DNA from: Octopus sinensis
Taxonomy: Eukaryota
Length of the DNA stretch: 64,000 bases
Direction of reading: 5' to 3'
NCBI RefSeq assembly: GCF_006345805.1
Contig: NC_043007.1
Span: 52,824,001-52,888,000, forward strand
Part shown: positions 1 to 11,789 of the stretch, in pieces
Layout of the letters: each line of letters begins with the position of its first letter
How positions within the stretch are numbered: the first letter of the stretch is position 1
Notes under the pieces: model-generated
What the model was told of the DNA's origin: nothing
The model's input: the letters and a program-made list of their open reading frames with translations, nothing else
Database searches by the model: none
Program-made: the position numbers and the translations under genes

Positions 1-129
1 TGAGGGTTTACCTTGGATGTGTATTCTACTTATATTTACTGATGTCTGATTGTTGGATATTATGAACCAAATTATTTTAAAACTAAGTGCTTTATTGTAA
101 TATTATTGATAGAGGGGTTACATATTAAT

Positions 130-240
130 TTATCTTTAAAGCCACTATAGACTAGGGCACTGTTGTAGTTTGGGGGTTACCTTCTTGAAAATTTCTTTAG
201 AGGAAGATAATTTAAGATACTCTGTAACTAATAATAGGAA
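130..240 (-). pseudogene. Penelope-like RT C-terminal fragment (inverted relative to 270-920)
   Basis: Minus-strand translation with one frameshift gives LSSSKEIFKKVTP(N)YNSALVYSGFK, similar to the [23 protein letters not shown] segment in ORF 21151-21426. Confidence 0.55.
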
Positions 241-269
241 TAATAATAAACCTAAAAAATAGACGAAGG

Positions 270-920
270 AAAATAATTTGGTTCCCCACCTTCTCTTAAT
301 GTAAAAACCAATGTAAGTAAAAGATTCTTGTCTCTCCTAGACAAACCTTTTCCAGAAAATCACAGGTACAGGTAAATATTTAACAGGTGCTCAGTGAAAT
401 TATTATATACCTGCTGCCCCAATATGAAAAGCATCATTACACATGAACAACACCACTCCCAGTTGTAACTGTTGAGACTCAGGAACCTGTCCACTTAACA
501 AGAAATGTACGATTAAATCTGTCATATATGAGGCAGAAGTTACAACAAGGCTAGATGATAATGCAATCAATAAGAAGAGCTATATTGAACTATGTGAAGG
601 TGACTTCAAAAATTACTATGGTAATTATATATCTTCCTTCTGACACAAGGATAAAAGTAAAGCTACTAAGTTGGCTGGCCACATATGGAGTTTGAAGTTG
701 AATACCATACCACAAACGATAAAGTGGAAAATAGTTCACACTATATGTTAACAGATAAAAAAAGATACAAGCTATGCATAGTTGAAAGAACTCAGATCCT
801 TTTCAGATCTAAGAACTCTAAACACACTGCTGAATTTTAGATCCAAAATTTTCAGTGGTTGTAAGCATATAGCAAAGTTCCTGTTGATGAATTGGAAAGT
901 ACCATCCTCTCCAGATTGAA
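270..920 (+). pseudogene. Degenerate Penelope-like linker plus GIY-YIG endonuclease
   Basis: Frameshifted peptides IIWF.PF.LNVKTNVSKRFLSLLDKPFPENH, CCPNMKSII, CPLNKKCTIKSVIYEAEV, KSYIELCEGDFK and ATKLAGHIWSLK; homologous to ORF 27257-27694. Confidence 0.8.
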
Positions 921-1080
921 CAGCTGAACTGCAGAGATGAGGCCACTATCTTTTCAGCCTTATATTTTATGATCTAAGGCAAGGGTGTCCAACCTTTTTT
1001 CTAGTGGGCCAAATAAAAAATTTATGTATATTCACCGGGGTTCAAAGGTACTTAAATATAAACTTTTAAAAAGTTGGCTT

Positions 1081-1150
1081 CCCAGACCCTGGTCAAACCG
1101 TCCAACCCATGCTAGCATGGAAAACGGACATTAAACGATGATGATGATGA
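1081..1150 (+). mobile_element. RTE LINE 3' tail fragment inside the hAT
   Basis: ccaacccatgctagcatggaaaacggacattaaacgatgatgatga matches the 3' end of the RTE at 14613-17215. Confidence 0.8.
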
Positions 1151-1585
1151 AATATAAAGACAAAATAATGTGCTATTGACAGTAAAAATGAAATTGCACT
1201 TATACAAAATAAATTCAATGTGATTTTTGGCATTCCTTTCCTGTTATGATATTCTTAGTATCTGCTTTTATGGTATTATTCTTTACTCTAAGAATGTTAG
1301 TTAAATGGCAATCACCCAGCCTATTTCTTTCAGTAGTTTTGATGTTTTTCATACATGCAAAGAATTGTTCACAGCAGTATGTACTACCCCACATGCATGA
1401 TAGTTTTCTAGCTAAATTGGTAATTTGATCAAATTCATTGAAAGAATGCAATTTCTTGTAAAAGTCAAGAAGGGCATGTTCTCTATGATAAGTTTTCAAA
1501 GATTCTCTACTGTGAATCTAGCTAGTATTTGGCTGGTACTTCCACATAAACAAATGAAAATGGATCACTCAACAATTTTAGTTCA

Positions 1586-1899
1586 TAGAAATATCACATT
1601 TCTAAATTTCTCAGAGATTTATACAGTAGCAGCACGATAAAGTGATGGTATGTTGCCAACTTAATGTGGCAGCCCCATGAAAGGGAAGAATGCTACAGCT
1701 ATTTAGCCCTAGGAAACACCATTTTCAGTTGGCCATGACACATTTTCTGTGTCCTTACACTTATCTCCCCCCTTTGAAAACATAAAGACAGAAAATGTGT
1801 CATGGCCAACTGTAAACAGTATTTCCTAGAGCTAAATAAAAGTATCATTCTTCCCTTTCATGGGGCTGCCATATTAAGTTGGCAATATAGCATCACTTA
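1586..1899 (+). mobile_element. Hairpin family A element (about 55-nt tail plus about 260-nt inverted repeat), 12-bp TSD
   Basis: Inverted arms span 1640-1898; AATTTTAGTTCA is duplicated at 1574-1585 and 1900-1911; interrupts the hAT transposase frame; homologous to 6673-7122. Confidence 0.85.
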
Positions 1900-3964
1900 A
1901 ATTTTAGTTCAGTTTCTATCTTTCTGAATTTGGTTGTAAAAGCTTCACATAATTTAGTGTATTTTTCAAAGTTGACAGGAAATTCTTGTCTTTTAGATAA
2001 ATTCTGAAAATGTACAATTTCTCCACCTTTCAGTTGTGTTATGATAAGTTCTAATTTCTTAGTAAAACTTATTTGCTCAAACACTGAACACTATAACTGG
2101 TATTTTCCTTGTAAATGCAAATTAAGTTCAGCTTATATTTCAGTGATATCTATTAAGAAGGACATTCAACCATTCTTCATTTGCTAAAAAATCTACATTT
2201 TGCTTTTTGTTTTGCATGTTTCAGGCAACAATAATTGAAATCTCTTCAAAGTTGCTACTTGACTGAGCCATCTGACTTTTGAGAAATAAATAACGTCTTC
2301 ATACTTACTGCCAACTTTTACCAAGTATGCTTTGAATGTATGATGGTTCAAGCCCTGAGACCTGATAAAAATTAACAACGTTCACAATATCTGTCATCAA
2401 CTGTTTCATATTCAGTTTTTGAGCACATAGTTGCTGTTGATGATCAAATTAATTTTATTTCCATCAACATTGAACTTTTCTAATGATAAATTAACATGCT
2501 CATTTATGTCCCTGCCATTTGTTGTACTCTTCATCCAACATTTCTCCAATGATATTAAAATTGACATCAATTCTTCTGATGAAAATAACCAATTGTGCAG
2601 TGTCACTTTAATCAGTACTTTCATCCAATGCTAAACTGTAAAGAACTCATTTAGATAACTGAGTCTGCAATGTACCCACAATACTGTCAGCTAAGTCATC
2701 AATTCTTCTACTAATTGTCTGATCCAACAGACTTGTTTCTCTAAATAAGTTCACCTTCTCAAGACAATATTCATTAAAAGCAATTACAATACATTCTTTT
2801 ATCAATTTGCCAACTATCAGTGGCTTACCCTTCCGAGCCAATCTTTCAGCTATTAAATAATTAACTTTTGTACATGTACCAGTTTGCCCAACATGTTTTT
2901 TGAAATTGTTTTGTTGTGAAATAAGCCTCTTCTTCAATTCATCTATTTTCATTTTCCTTCTTTCTCCGTTAAATTCATTATATTGAGACTCATGTTTGGC
3001 AGCATAGTAACACTTAATATTATATTCCTTGCATACAGCAATTTTATCATTACATATGAGGTAGATAATATTATTGCATGTTTCAATTACGAAATATTTT
3101 TCTGTCCATAGGACATAGAATTTTCCCTTTTTAGCATCAGATGCTATGACCAGATAATGGGCTATTAAAATTGACAATTAAAATTATTACATAATCATGC
3201 TGATATTAATATTCCAGAAAATCAGAAACAAACAAAAGATAAATAGGTTCTTCTGCATAAAGCATTAGCATTAGGCTCAGCCTAGACTAGAAACACTGAA
3301 GTCACTATCACCTGACATTGTAAACAACGTTAGGAAATAACACAATCAATATAGATCCGATCACAAAAGATTTGAAACCGAAACAATGGCTGTTAATTAT
3401 GCATCAGCAAAATGGTTGATTCTATGATGTAGAGTCAGCCATTCTACATCATAAACCCCATGACCACCTTCATTTTACCTCCCTCCATTGAGGTTTTCAT
3501 TGGTCCATTCAAAATAGCATACTCTGAGAACAATTTTCTCATCACACATTATCAAAGTAAATGAAAATATAACTAGAAAACAACACATAGAATTAGAATT
3601 TGAATTGCCAGTGGGCTGCATGAAAATATTAAGTGGGCCACAATGCAGCCTGCGAGTTGGACATCCCTGGTCTAAAGGAAAATGACTCTAATTTCCATCC
3701 CTACCTTGCTTCTTTCTGTTTTCTTTTTTATTTTCTGGGCTTTAAACCTTCCACCTTTTATATCTCTCACCTTTTCCCACTTTTTCTCTCATCTTATCAT
3801 CCTATTTTAGCTTGTTATGCCATGTGAGCAGCACCTGAAGATTGCACTGAGACACCAGACATGTTAAAAAATACTGTCCAGCATGCTTTCATTACATAAA
3901 ACTAATAGAAGCACATAAAAACATATACTGTATTTATTAAATAATATCATATATATGTATCATA

Positions 3965-4325
3965 TCTTTTACATGTTCCAGTCATTTGATTGTGGTCATG
4001 CTGGGGTACTGCGTTGAAGAATTTTTAGTCAACCCCATCCTTATTTTTTTGTAACACTGATACTTAATTATTCTATTGATCTCTTTTGCTGAACTGTGAA
4101 GTTATGGTGGGTGGCATAAACACATCAACAACGGTTGTCAAGTAGTGATAGGGAACAAACACACTCATATATGTACAATAGGCTTCTTTCAGTTTCTGTC
4201 TACCAAATCCACTCACAAAACCTTGGTCAGCCTGAGGCTATAGTAGAAAACACTTGCCCGAGATGCTATGCCGTGGGTCTGAACCCAGAACAATGTGGCT
4301 GGGAAGCAAACTTCTTACAACACCT
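3965..4325 (-). mobile_element. tRNA-derived SINE (family 1), diverged
   Basis: Head with B-box-like ggttcagaccc and core ggcaagtgttttctactatagcc; collinear with the cleaner copy at 20104-20503. Confidence 0.8.
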
Positions 4326-5649
4326 GTGTATATTTTTTTTTGCCATTTTCATGTCTGTTTTCGATGCTCAGTCATCATAATTCAAATAATTTCTCAGGAG
4401 TGATAGACTGGTGCTCATGTCATATGGTTTGATTTCCATGGCTGTATGCCCTTCCTACCACCAACCACAAACAAAGTGCATTTTTTCTTGGCACCAAAGA
4501 GGCTCTCAAATCATCAGCTCAACTCTACTTTTCCACTGCTTGCTCACAAGTCTCTCTGGAGAGGAAGGAGGGGTGGCTGGAGAGTTCACCAAGGCACCAG
4601 CATGAGTGGGATTGCCTTATATACACTAAATGTAAAGAGTACTCACTATCATAAGATGTCTACATTCACTAAAGGAGTGTATGATAAAAGTATGATGAGA
4701 GAGAGAGAGAGAGAGAGAAATAACAAAATAAAAGCAAGCATGGGTGGGTAGACAAATGGTGACTGAGATGAAGACAAGTAGAGAGTAAACAAAACAAATG
4801 TGTAAGTCATGGGTGACAATAGAAGTGGTCTTGCTCTATAAGAGACTGCATTGGACCGTTTGTACCTAATATACTCTTGGTAAACATATCAATATTAGTA
4901 TTACTTGAATTGGTTATGGTTCAGAATTAATAACTGTGAGCATCTATGTATATGTAATCACACATAACATTCAATTACATTCTATTTACATTACAATATT
5001 ATAGGAAAGTAAGCAGGTAAGGTTTTTGAAAATTGTCCTCTTGGAGTACACAGTCATCTTGGAACTTATGACAGCTTTCTTCATTAAGGCTTTTCTTAAT
5101 TATGTAAAACTGTATGTCAATCTGCAAGTTAGATACATTTGTACTAAATAGTACTGAGGAAGGATATAATTCAAAATTACTTTATTTTTTCAGCTACTCA
5201 TAATTTTACAGTATGCAATTCTCTAGTCATAAGCACACAATATCACCAACAAGTATCTATTTATGTTCATTTTCTGAGGTTAAATTCAATTCTTCCTCTT
5301 TGAGTGACCACAGCTGAGATGTATTTTACCAAGCAGAACCATGAATCTCTGTTCTCTATTAGCTTTGGTAGATCCTCACTTTTATATTGTATGTTTCCAA
5401 TTCAACGTGGTTGAATGGGTTTTGTCTTGTGTGTGATAGAGTTTGGTCTACTGCATGATGACAGTGGCCAGCAAAGCCTACCCTGCATTGAGCAACAACA
5501 GTAGTGATGTGAAGAATGAATGTCACCTGCCAGAAGACCTGACTAGAGGCGATCCAACAAATGGTGTAAGTCTGGCAGACTGAAAGTCACAAAAATGGTT
5601 TTAGTGATGTAGATTGACATAATAAGAATAACATGTATGCCTTGGACTA

Positions 5650-6065
5650 TGAGAGGGTACTGAAAAGTCCCTGGCTTTAAGGGTATTGTAAAAGGGTAGA
5701 GCTGTAACCTTTACAGGGGTAGTAGGACAGCTATTTAGAACATACGCAAAAAAATCATGATGGTAAACAATATACATTTCTTCTTTTTGTAGATTTAGTG
5801 CATGATGGCAGCTCCTGCAGTGGATTTTGGTAAAATTGAAGCACAGACAGTCATGAAATTCTTCTTTTAACAAGGCAAAGGAGAAGCAGAAATCCATGGC
5901 AAGATGAAGGAAGTCTTGAAGGATGGCTGCCCATCTTACACAACAGTGAAAATCTAGATATCAAAGTTTTGGACTGGTCATTTTGAGGTCACAGATGAAC
6001 CCCAGTCAGGACAGACAACTTCCGCAACCACAGAGGACAAAGTTAATGTTGCACACATCATAATT
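5650..6065 (+). pseudogene. Mariner transposase N-terminal fragment with 5' TIR remnant
   Basis: gagggtactgaaaagtccctggc end; peptide with stops KIEAQTVMKFFF.QGK..EIHGKMKEVLKDGCPSYTTVK..F..G.F.VTDEPQSG, a typical mariner HTH region. Confidence 0.75.
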
Positions 6066-6672
6066 CTAAAATATAACCAACACCATCAAAAAATCTGACC
6101 ATTCAAGATTTCAAGTGAAACCATATCGAATAACAATTTCATCTTTGGCACACTTTTTTCTGGCCAAGACCATTACTATATATTCAGTGCATTTAAGTCA
6201 CACTTGAGAAGAGAACACATGGAGATAGCAGACAGCAGTGAACAGCAGCAGAGCACTGTCACAACACAAAAAGTAGAAGCAGCAGCAACACACCATGACC
6301 AGTTAGCTTCAAGAAATTCATGACAGCAACTTCAATCATACTTGGTCCAGCAACAATAAACTTGGAACCATATTAGTGTAAACATAATTTCTTTGTCATT
6401 TGTAGCAATGTCATTTATTTTGTGAATAAATATCAAATATCTTTTTATTCAAAATCTCAAACAGAATTCTGTGTTCTTTATCATAACAATTGATGACCTG
6501 ACATCTAAAGAACACTTCATAGTCTCAATTTCCAGCATCAACAATGAGAACTTCTGACACCAAGAAGTCTTTTGAAACACCTACAACACCAACTGAAGCT
6601 TCCATATCATTGGCAGTTTGGTTCATTTATCTGGAGGCAAAGTTTTATTTTGTCAATGATAAAAATAGATAT

Positions 6673-7122
6673 AGTGGTGGTATGTTGTCAACTTAATGTG
6701 ACAGTCCCATGAAAGGGAAGAATACTACTGCTATTTAGCCCTAGGAATCAATGCTTCCTGCTGGCCATGACACATTTCCTGTGTTGTTATGTTTACAAAG
6801 GAGGAGATAAGCACCTCCACCTAGCAAAGCCAGCATCCAAAGACTAGTTTTTGAGTCATTGCCCATCATCAGTCTGGAGTAGCATGGCTTGTAAACATAA
6901 GGACACAGCATGGCTTTGTAAACAGAAGGACACAGCATGGCTTTGTAAACATAAGGACACAGGAAATGTGTCAAGGCCAACAGGAAGCAGTGCTTCCTAG
7001 GGCTAAATAGCAGTAGTTTTCTTCCCTTTCATGGGACTGTCACATTAAGTTGACAACATACTACTTTATCGTGTTACTACTGTATAAATCTCTCTGAGAG
7101 ATTTAGAAATGTATTATTTCTA
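6673..7122 (-). mobile_element. Hairpin family A element, second copy
   Basis: Inverted arms at about 6673-7066, tail 7067-7122 is the reverse complement of 1586-1640; the loop holds three about 27-bp tandem repeats. Confidence 0.85.
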
Positions 7123-7635
7123 TTTTTATTGAAAATCTCAGACAGAATTCTGTGTTCTTTATCATAACAACTGCCTCAATAATATGTATTTTTCCAACTC
7201 ATAGTAGTATGGAAAAAAAAAACAGGAGCAAAACAAATATTTTATAACCTGGACTGTAATGTATAATATACAGGGGTTTATTCAGAATTAGATACATAAA
7301 CAAAAGAGTTTCAGTCTGATACACCTATGAACCTTAGCAAAGGTGCTTTCTACTCTACTTTCTGATTTTCTCTTGTGTTTTTTTACATAATATTTCTCAT
7401 TCTCAATTTTTCTTTATTTAAAAATATGCAAAAATAAATAAGTTGAACTTTAAAATCTTATTATTTGATACTTCAAAATAAATGTTATATATATCTAAAT
7501 ATCTAGCCCATATGATGGTAAATAACAGACACATACACAGATTTCTCTGCATGTTCTCTGATATAGAATTTCTCTCTCTCTCATAATTAAGTTGTTAAAG
7601 AGTTAAGGCAAACTACAAAATATTAACATTGTTAC

Positions 7636-7718
7636 CTGTTTTACTGATATTATCAACCATTTCTTGAAACTCAACAGGTACATCAGCTTGTTTCCACCGC
7701 TCACTATCTAGAATTAAA
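7636..7718 (-). CDS. VPS54: Vps54 (GARP complex subunit) internal coding exon, 83 bp
   Basis: Minus strand reads ttttttgtag|TTTAATTCTAGAT...AAAACAG|gtaaca and encodes (S)LILDSERWKQADVPVEFQEMVDNISKT. This matches the metazoan VPS54 motif LLLDNERWKQADVPAEFQ as I recall it. Phase 2 start fits the 62822-62871 exon. Confidence 0.93.
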
Positions 7719-9099
7719 CTACAAAAAAAAACAACACATTATTATATATACTAGAATGTTACCCATCATATGATGAGTATTGAAGGGAATATCCTTCTTC
7801 ATGTTGCAATTAGCATGCATTTCATCATGCCAGACCAATCATCTCTGTGCCACATAAACTTTAGTCAGTCTTTAGTTTCATGTATCTGCTATATTAATAT
7901 CAATAGAAATGTGTGAGCAGGGGGTGGGCTTCATTCTTATTAAGATGCATAAGTCTCTCAAATATAATATTCAATATGGCTAAGAATTCAGCACAATAGT
8001 AGAGGAAAGAATGCTGAGCAACAATAGTAGAGATGGGTGAAATGTATCCATTCATCTCCTCTTTGGTCTTGCGTCAGGATAGGCTTTGCCAGCCACTGCT
8101 ACCATATCAGATGTTATTTTGGAGACTTCTGCATTTTAACAGATGAAGACCACTCAACTACACTGATGTTAGTGGCAGAAACACACAACATGAAACCAAG
8201 GACCAATCAAAGTTAATGGTTTGCACACAGCAAACTTAATGGAACAACAACATGCTGGTTGTTTCAGCTACTTGAAAAAAATTATTTGGAAAAATTAATG
8301 GAACAACAACATGCTGGTTGTAATTTCATTTGCATAATACTTACAACTCTTACTCTCTCACACTCTAACCTCGTATTCTCACTCTCTAAGTTATTGTTGC
8401 CTGTGCTTGCTACTTTATCTCACCCTCACATAAAGTGTAAGTAAAATTTTTATTTCTAATAATACAGTACAAATGAAAGAAAAAATGTAAATGTTTAATA
8501 ATAAAGTGCTCCATATAAGGAATTGCAATAGCTCAAATTTATTTTATAAGTACTTATTTCAAGAGAATTTTGTAATTGTATTCAAGAATTATAGCAAAAT
8601 ATTGACTTTCAACTGACTTCTTTCTTCAACCTATGCTTTAATCACCCACTCTCTTATTCTCTCTGAATAGTAAGACATTCATCTAAATATACTATTGAAA
8701 CAAAACTGAGTGGCAAATTCTGCAGCTAAAATGACAGGCTATTATCCTCACTATCCCACATTGTGATGGATAGCCTAACACTAAAACCAATATAAAATTG
8801 TGATAATGCAGTTTAACTTTGAATAAGTAATATAATATGTTATTACTCTTTCAAGAGCATGAAAAAAATAATGCATCCAAAGTTACCCATATTTATTGCT
8901 CTTCGCAAGTTTACATGGTTAGGAAGAGCATTACTGAGATAGTATTTAACAGATGAAAATCCTTCCTGTCTGCAACCCTTACTTGTTTTACAAGTTAAGT
9001 ATTTTTATTCCACCAACATACACCCATTAAAACCGTCAACAACAGAACAGCTTGCATAAGTTGTAAATATACATATCATCACTGACATTGGAACGGTGT

Positions 9100-9290
9100 C
9101 AATGTGAAGACACTGTGATTAAGAGAGTTGCTTGATTACTATGTGATCCTGGGTTCTATCACACTACGCAACCCCTTGACCCTTTAGGCAAGTGTCTTCT
9201 TCTGTAGCCTTGGGCCAACAAGTGCCTTGTGAATGAAATTGATAGTTGAAAACTGAATGGAAGCCTGTAATGTGTGTGTGTGTGTGTGTA
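9100..9290 (+). mobile_element. tRNA-derived SINE (family 1) 5' half
   Basis: ctgggttctatcacact...ggcaagtgtcttcttctgtagccttgggcc...aaactgaatggaagcctg followed by (TG)n. Confidence 0.7.
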
Positions 9291-9345
9291 TCATCATCAT
9301 TATTTAACGTATGTTGTCCATGTTGACATGGGTTGGATGATGTAT

Positions 9346-10502
9346 TGTCAGACCCCAGACCTGTTGGCCTAAAACCTCATCAAAGAATGGAGTGGGAAAT
9401 GCCTCACTAAAGGTAAACAATAAGTGATTATCTTCCTTTGCCATCGAGTTCTAGCTGCACCACCACCATGTGGTCACCAAAGATTACAAAGATAAACAAT
9501 TGTCTCCCTTCAGCCTTACCTATCGGCTTCTGGCTGTGTCATCACCTTGTGGATTCCAAAACACTAGCAGGAATCTTCTAAAATGCAAACATTTTGGAGT
9601 TAAGGATTTGGTTTGGCCCCCACCCCTACTCCTTAACACAATTACACCTGTAGGTAGACTATTCCTTAAATAAATAGACAAGCATTTCACTAGCTCCCAT
9701 AGGTATGGGCCCATCTTCAACAAATATGTTAGGGTCTTGTTTAGCTGTACCACCAACATTAAGAGCACTCTAGTTATCACACCTAAGGCACAGGAAGAAG
9801 AATGTTCCAGTAGTTGCCGAGAAGGAGGCCACTGCGAAACCAAAGGGGTTGTCTATCAAGCCGAGGTTCTTGCAAGCCATGCCATTACCACCGGCAGAGG
9901 CGATAGCAGCCATAGACATGGGAACAGAGCCAGCAGCACTGCCACCACAGCCACAGTGACGACAGCATCACTAACAACAATAATAGTGGCATTGCCAGCA
10001 GTAGCGGCATCACCATCAACACCAGCCTTACCAATAGCTTTCCTGACATCCATGGTGTCAGACGTGACAACTTCCACAGTGGCAGACCTGATAGCCACTA
10101 TAGCAACAACAACAGGTCCAATACCATCACCAGCTATAGAGGCAACAATAGCAGCAGCAACATTATTAATAGCAACAGCGCCTTCTCAATAACCAGCAGT
10201 GGTGATAACACTACTGATGCCACCACTACCACCTCCCCATTGCCACAACCAACAGCCCCATCTCCAACATCAACAACAGGTCCAGCACCAGCAATGTGTG
10301 CAGGGGTGAAAATATTACTGACACCACCACCACCGCTAGTGATGCCAATACTAACACCAGCAGCCCCAGCTCCATCAGCTTCGTGATCTTTGGTGACCAC
10401 AAGATGGCAGTGGAGCTGGAACTCGATAACCAATGGCAAAGGGGGATAATCACTTATTGTTTACCTTCATTCATTTGATGCTAACAGGTCTAGTGTCTCA
10501 CA
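9346..10502 (+). mobile_element. TGT...ACA element with about 140-bp imperfect inverted ends enclosing a Penelope linker/EN remnant
   Basis: 9346-9490 is inverted-homologous to 10385-10502. The internal + frame gives KDLVWPPP..TPVGRLFLK.IDKHFTSSHRYGPIFNK..LFSCTTNIKS..CREGGHCETKGVVYQAEV, followed by a (C/A)-rich triplet low-complexity tract. Confidence 0.7.
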
Positions 10503-10734
10503 ACATGTTGTAAGGCCACACTCCTTATGGATGAGAAACCCAGGGTGATTCCATACACCAGCCTCCTCCATTATAATATTAACTGCTCTACTTCGAAGAG
10601 CAGTGTTTCTCAACCTTTTTATCCTTGCGTAACCCTTAAAATAAAGTACGTCTCAAAGAGCCCCTGCACAAAAAACATTATATACCATATCGTTCTCATA
10701 TTCTTTCATTGTAGTTCACGTGGTAAATATCATA

Positions 10735-10738
10735 TATA

Positions 10739-10822
<84 letters not shown>

Positions 10823-10825
10823 TTA
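10735..10825. repeat. (TG)n(TA)n microsatellite
   Basis: Direct reading; source of spurious IY/YI ORFs. Confidence 0.95.
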
Positions 10826-11114
10826 TTTTATAGAAGGAGCTTCTACAGGACTAGAACTGTTTCATTCAAAAGAAATCATCAGGAAGCTAGTAGACAAGAG
10901 TTGTTTTGGCATTTATACATTTAGGCAGGTTTAAATGGGTGGTGGTGGGGGACTTTTTTGGGGGTAGGCATGGCGCAAAAACGTCATTATTAGGGGAGTG
11001 GTCAAAGGAATCGGTGGTAAAGTAGATAAAAGAATAAATAAAAGAATAAAAAAATAAAAAATAAAAAAATATAAATAGAAAAATAGAGTTTTAGGTAAGT
11101 TGGGAGGCTCTCAC

Positions 11115-11680
11115 TTGTACATCTACATATATATATATACACATATATACACCCGCATATTCACATATATCTATACATATACATACATACCCACATATAC
11201 ATACATATATACATATACATACACATACATATACATACATATATATACATACACATACCTATGTACGTACACACAGATACACATATACATACATATACAT
11301 ACATATATGCATACCCACTCACACATATATATATACAAATGCATATACATGCACACACATACACACACATTTTTATTCTCTTATTTTAATTTTATTATTA
11401 CTACTTATGTTTATATCTTTATTTTTATCTTGACCGGTCAGCCGGTCTCAAGGGATGATATAAAGATTCCGTTTATCTATCTACTTACTGATACGAATGC
11501 AAGCACTTACTCACGCCCACACACTCACACGTACACACACGCACGTGTTATATTCATACACGCATACATCTACATACATTCACGTATATTCACATACACG
11601 CATACACATACATACCTCAACACACCCACAGAATACTAGTCCATACATATACACCAATTGATATATATACACATATATGT
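11115..11680. repeat. Degenerate (TACA/CA/TA)n microsatellite-rich tract
   Basis: Direct reading. Confidence 0.85.
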
Positions 11681-11789
11681 CCTGCTGTGGCTGTGTAGTC
11701 TTATCCTGGACAAACACTCACTCTTGCAGGTGTCGCAAATGTAGCGAAGACTTTGCCTGGCTGGTTGTAATGTCATAGTTTCTTGTTCC

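Larger units (their letters stand above)
980..3669 (-). mobile_element. hAT DNA transposon (Charlie/SPIN-like, GTF2IRD2-type transposase), decayed
   Basis: TIRs caagggtgtccaac (980-993) and gttggacatccctg (3656-3669); diverged 8-bp TSD atctaagg/gtctaaag. ORF pieces 2647-3177, 2193-2378 (VRWLS motif) and 1215-1499 (GSTYCCEQFF dimerisation motif). Confidence 0.88.

Noticed and set aside
1640-1760. Possible twister or hammerhead ribozyme in family A arms (gccaac/gttggc, TTAATG)
   Set aside because: The conserved twister L1/L4 residues and the hammerhead core could not be placed consistently in both copies.
2647-3177. Host GTF2IRD2/EPM2AIP1-like gene
   Set aside because: The ORF is fragmented and bounded by TIRs and an 8-bp TSD, so it is a transposon copy rather than a domesticated gene.
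5440-5566. Open 42-codon stretch with ag/gtaagt boundaries that looks like a + strand exon
   Set aside because: Part of it (gccagcaaagcctaccctg) recurs inverted near 8070-8100, so it is likely a repeat. The peptide is unrecognisable and antisense to Vps54.
9346-9400. Minus-strand TTGATGA gg..cc AACAGGTC, a hammerhead-like remnant
   Set aside because: GAAA is incomplete, C3 is mutated and stem I does not pair adjacent to the core; not supportable from one copy.
9737-10453. Thr/Ala-rich mucin-like ORFs on both strands
   Set aside because: They arise from triplet low-complexity sequence inside the 9346-10502 element; no splice or homology support.
10601-11110. cagtgtttctcaaccttttt, a hAT-MITE-like left end
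   Set aside because: No convincing matching right TIR or TSD found.
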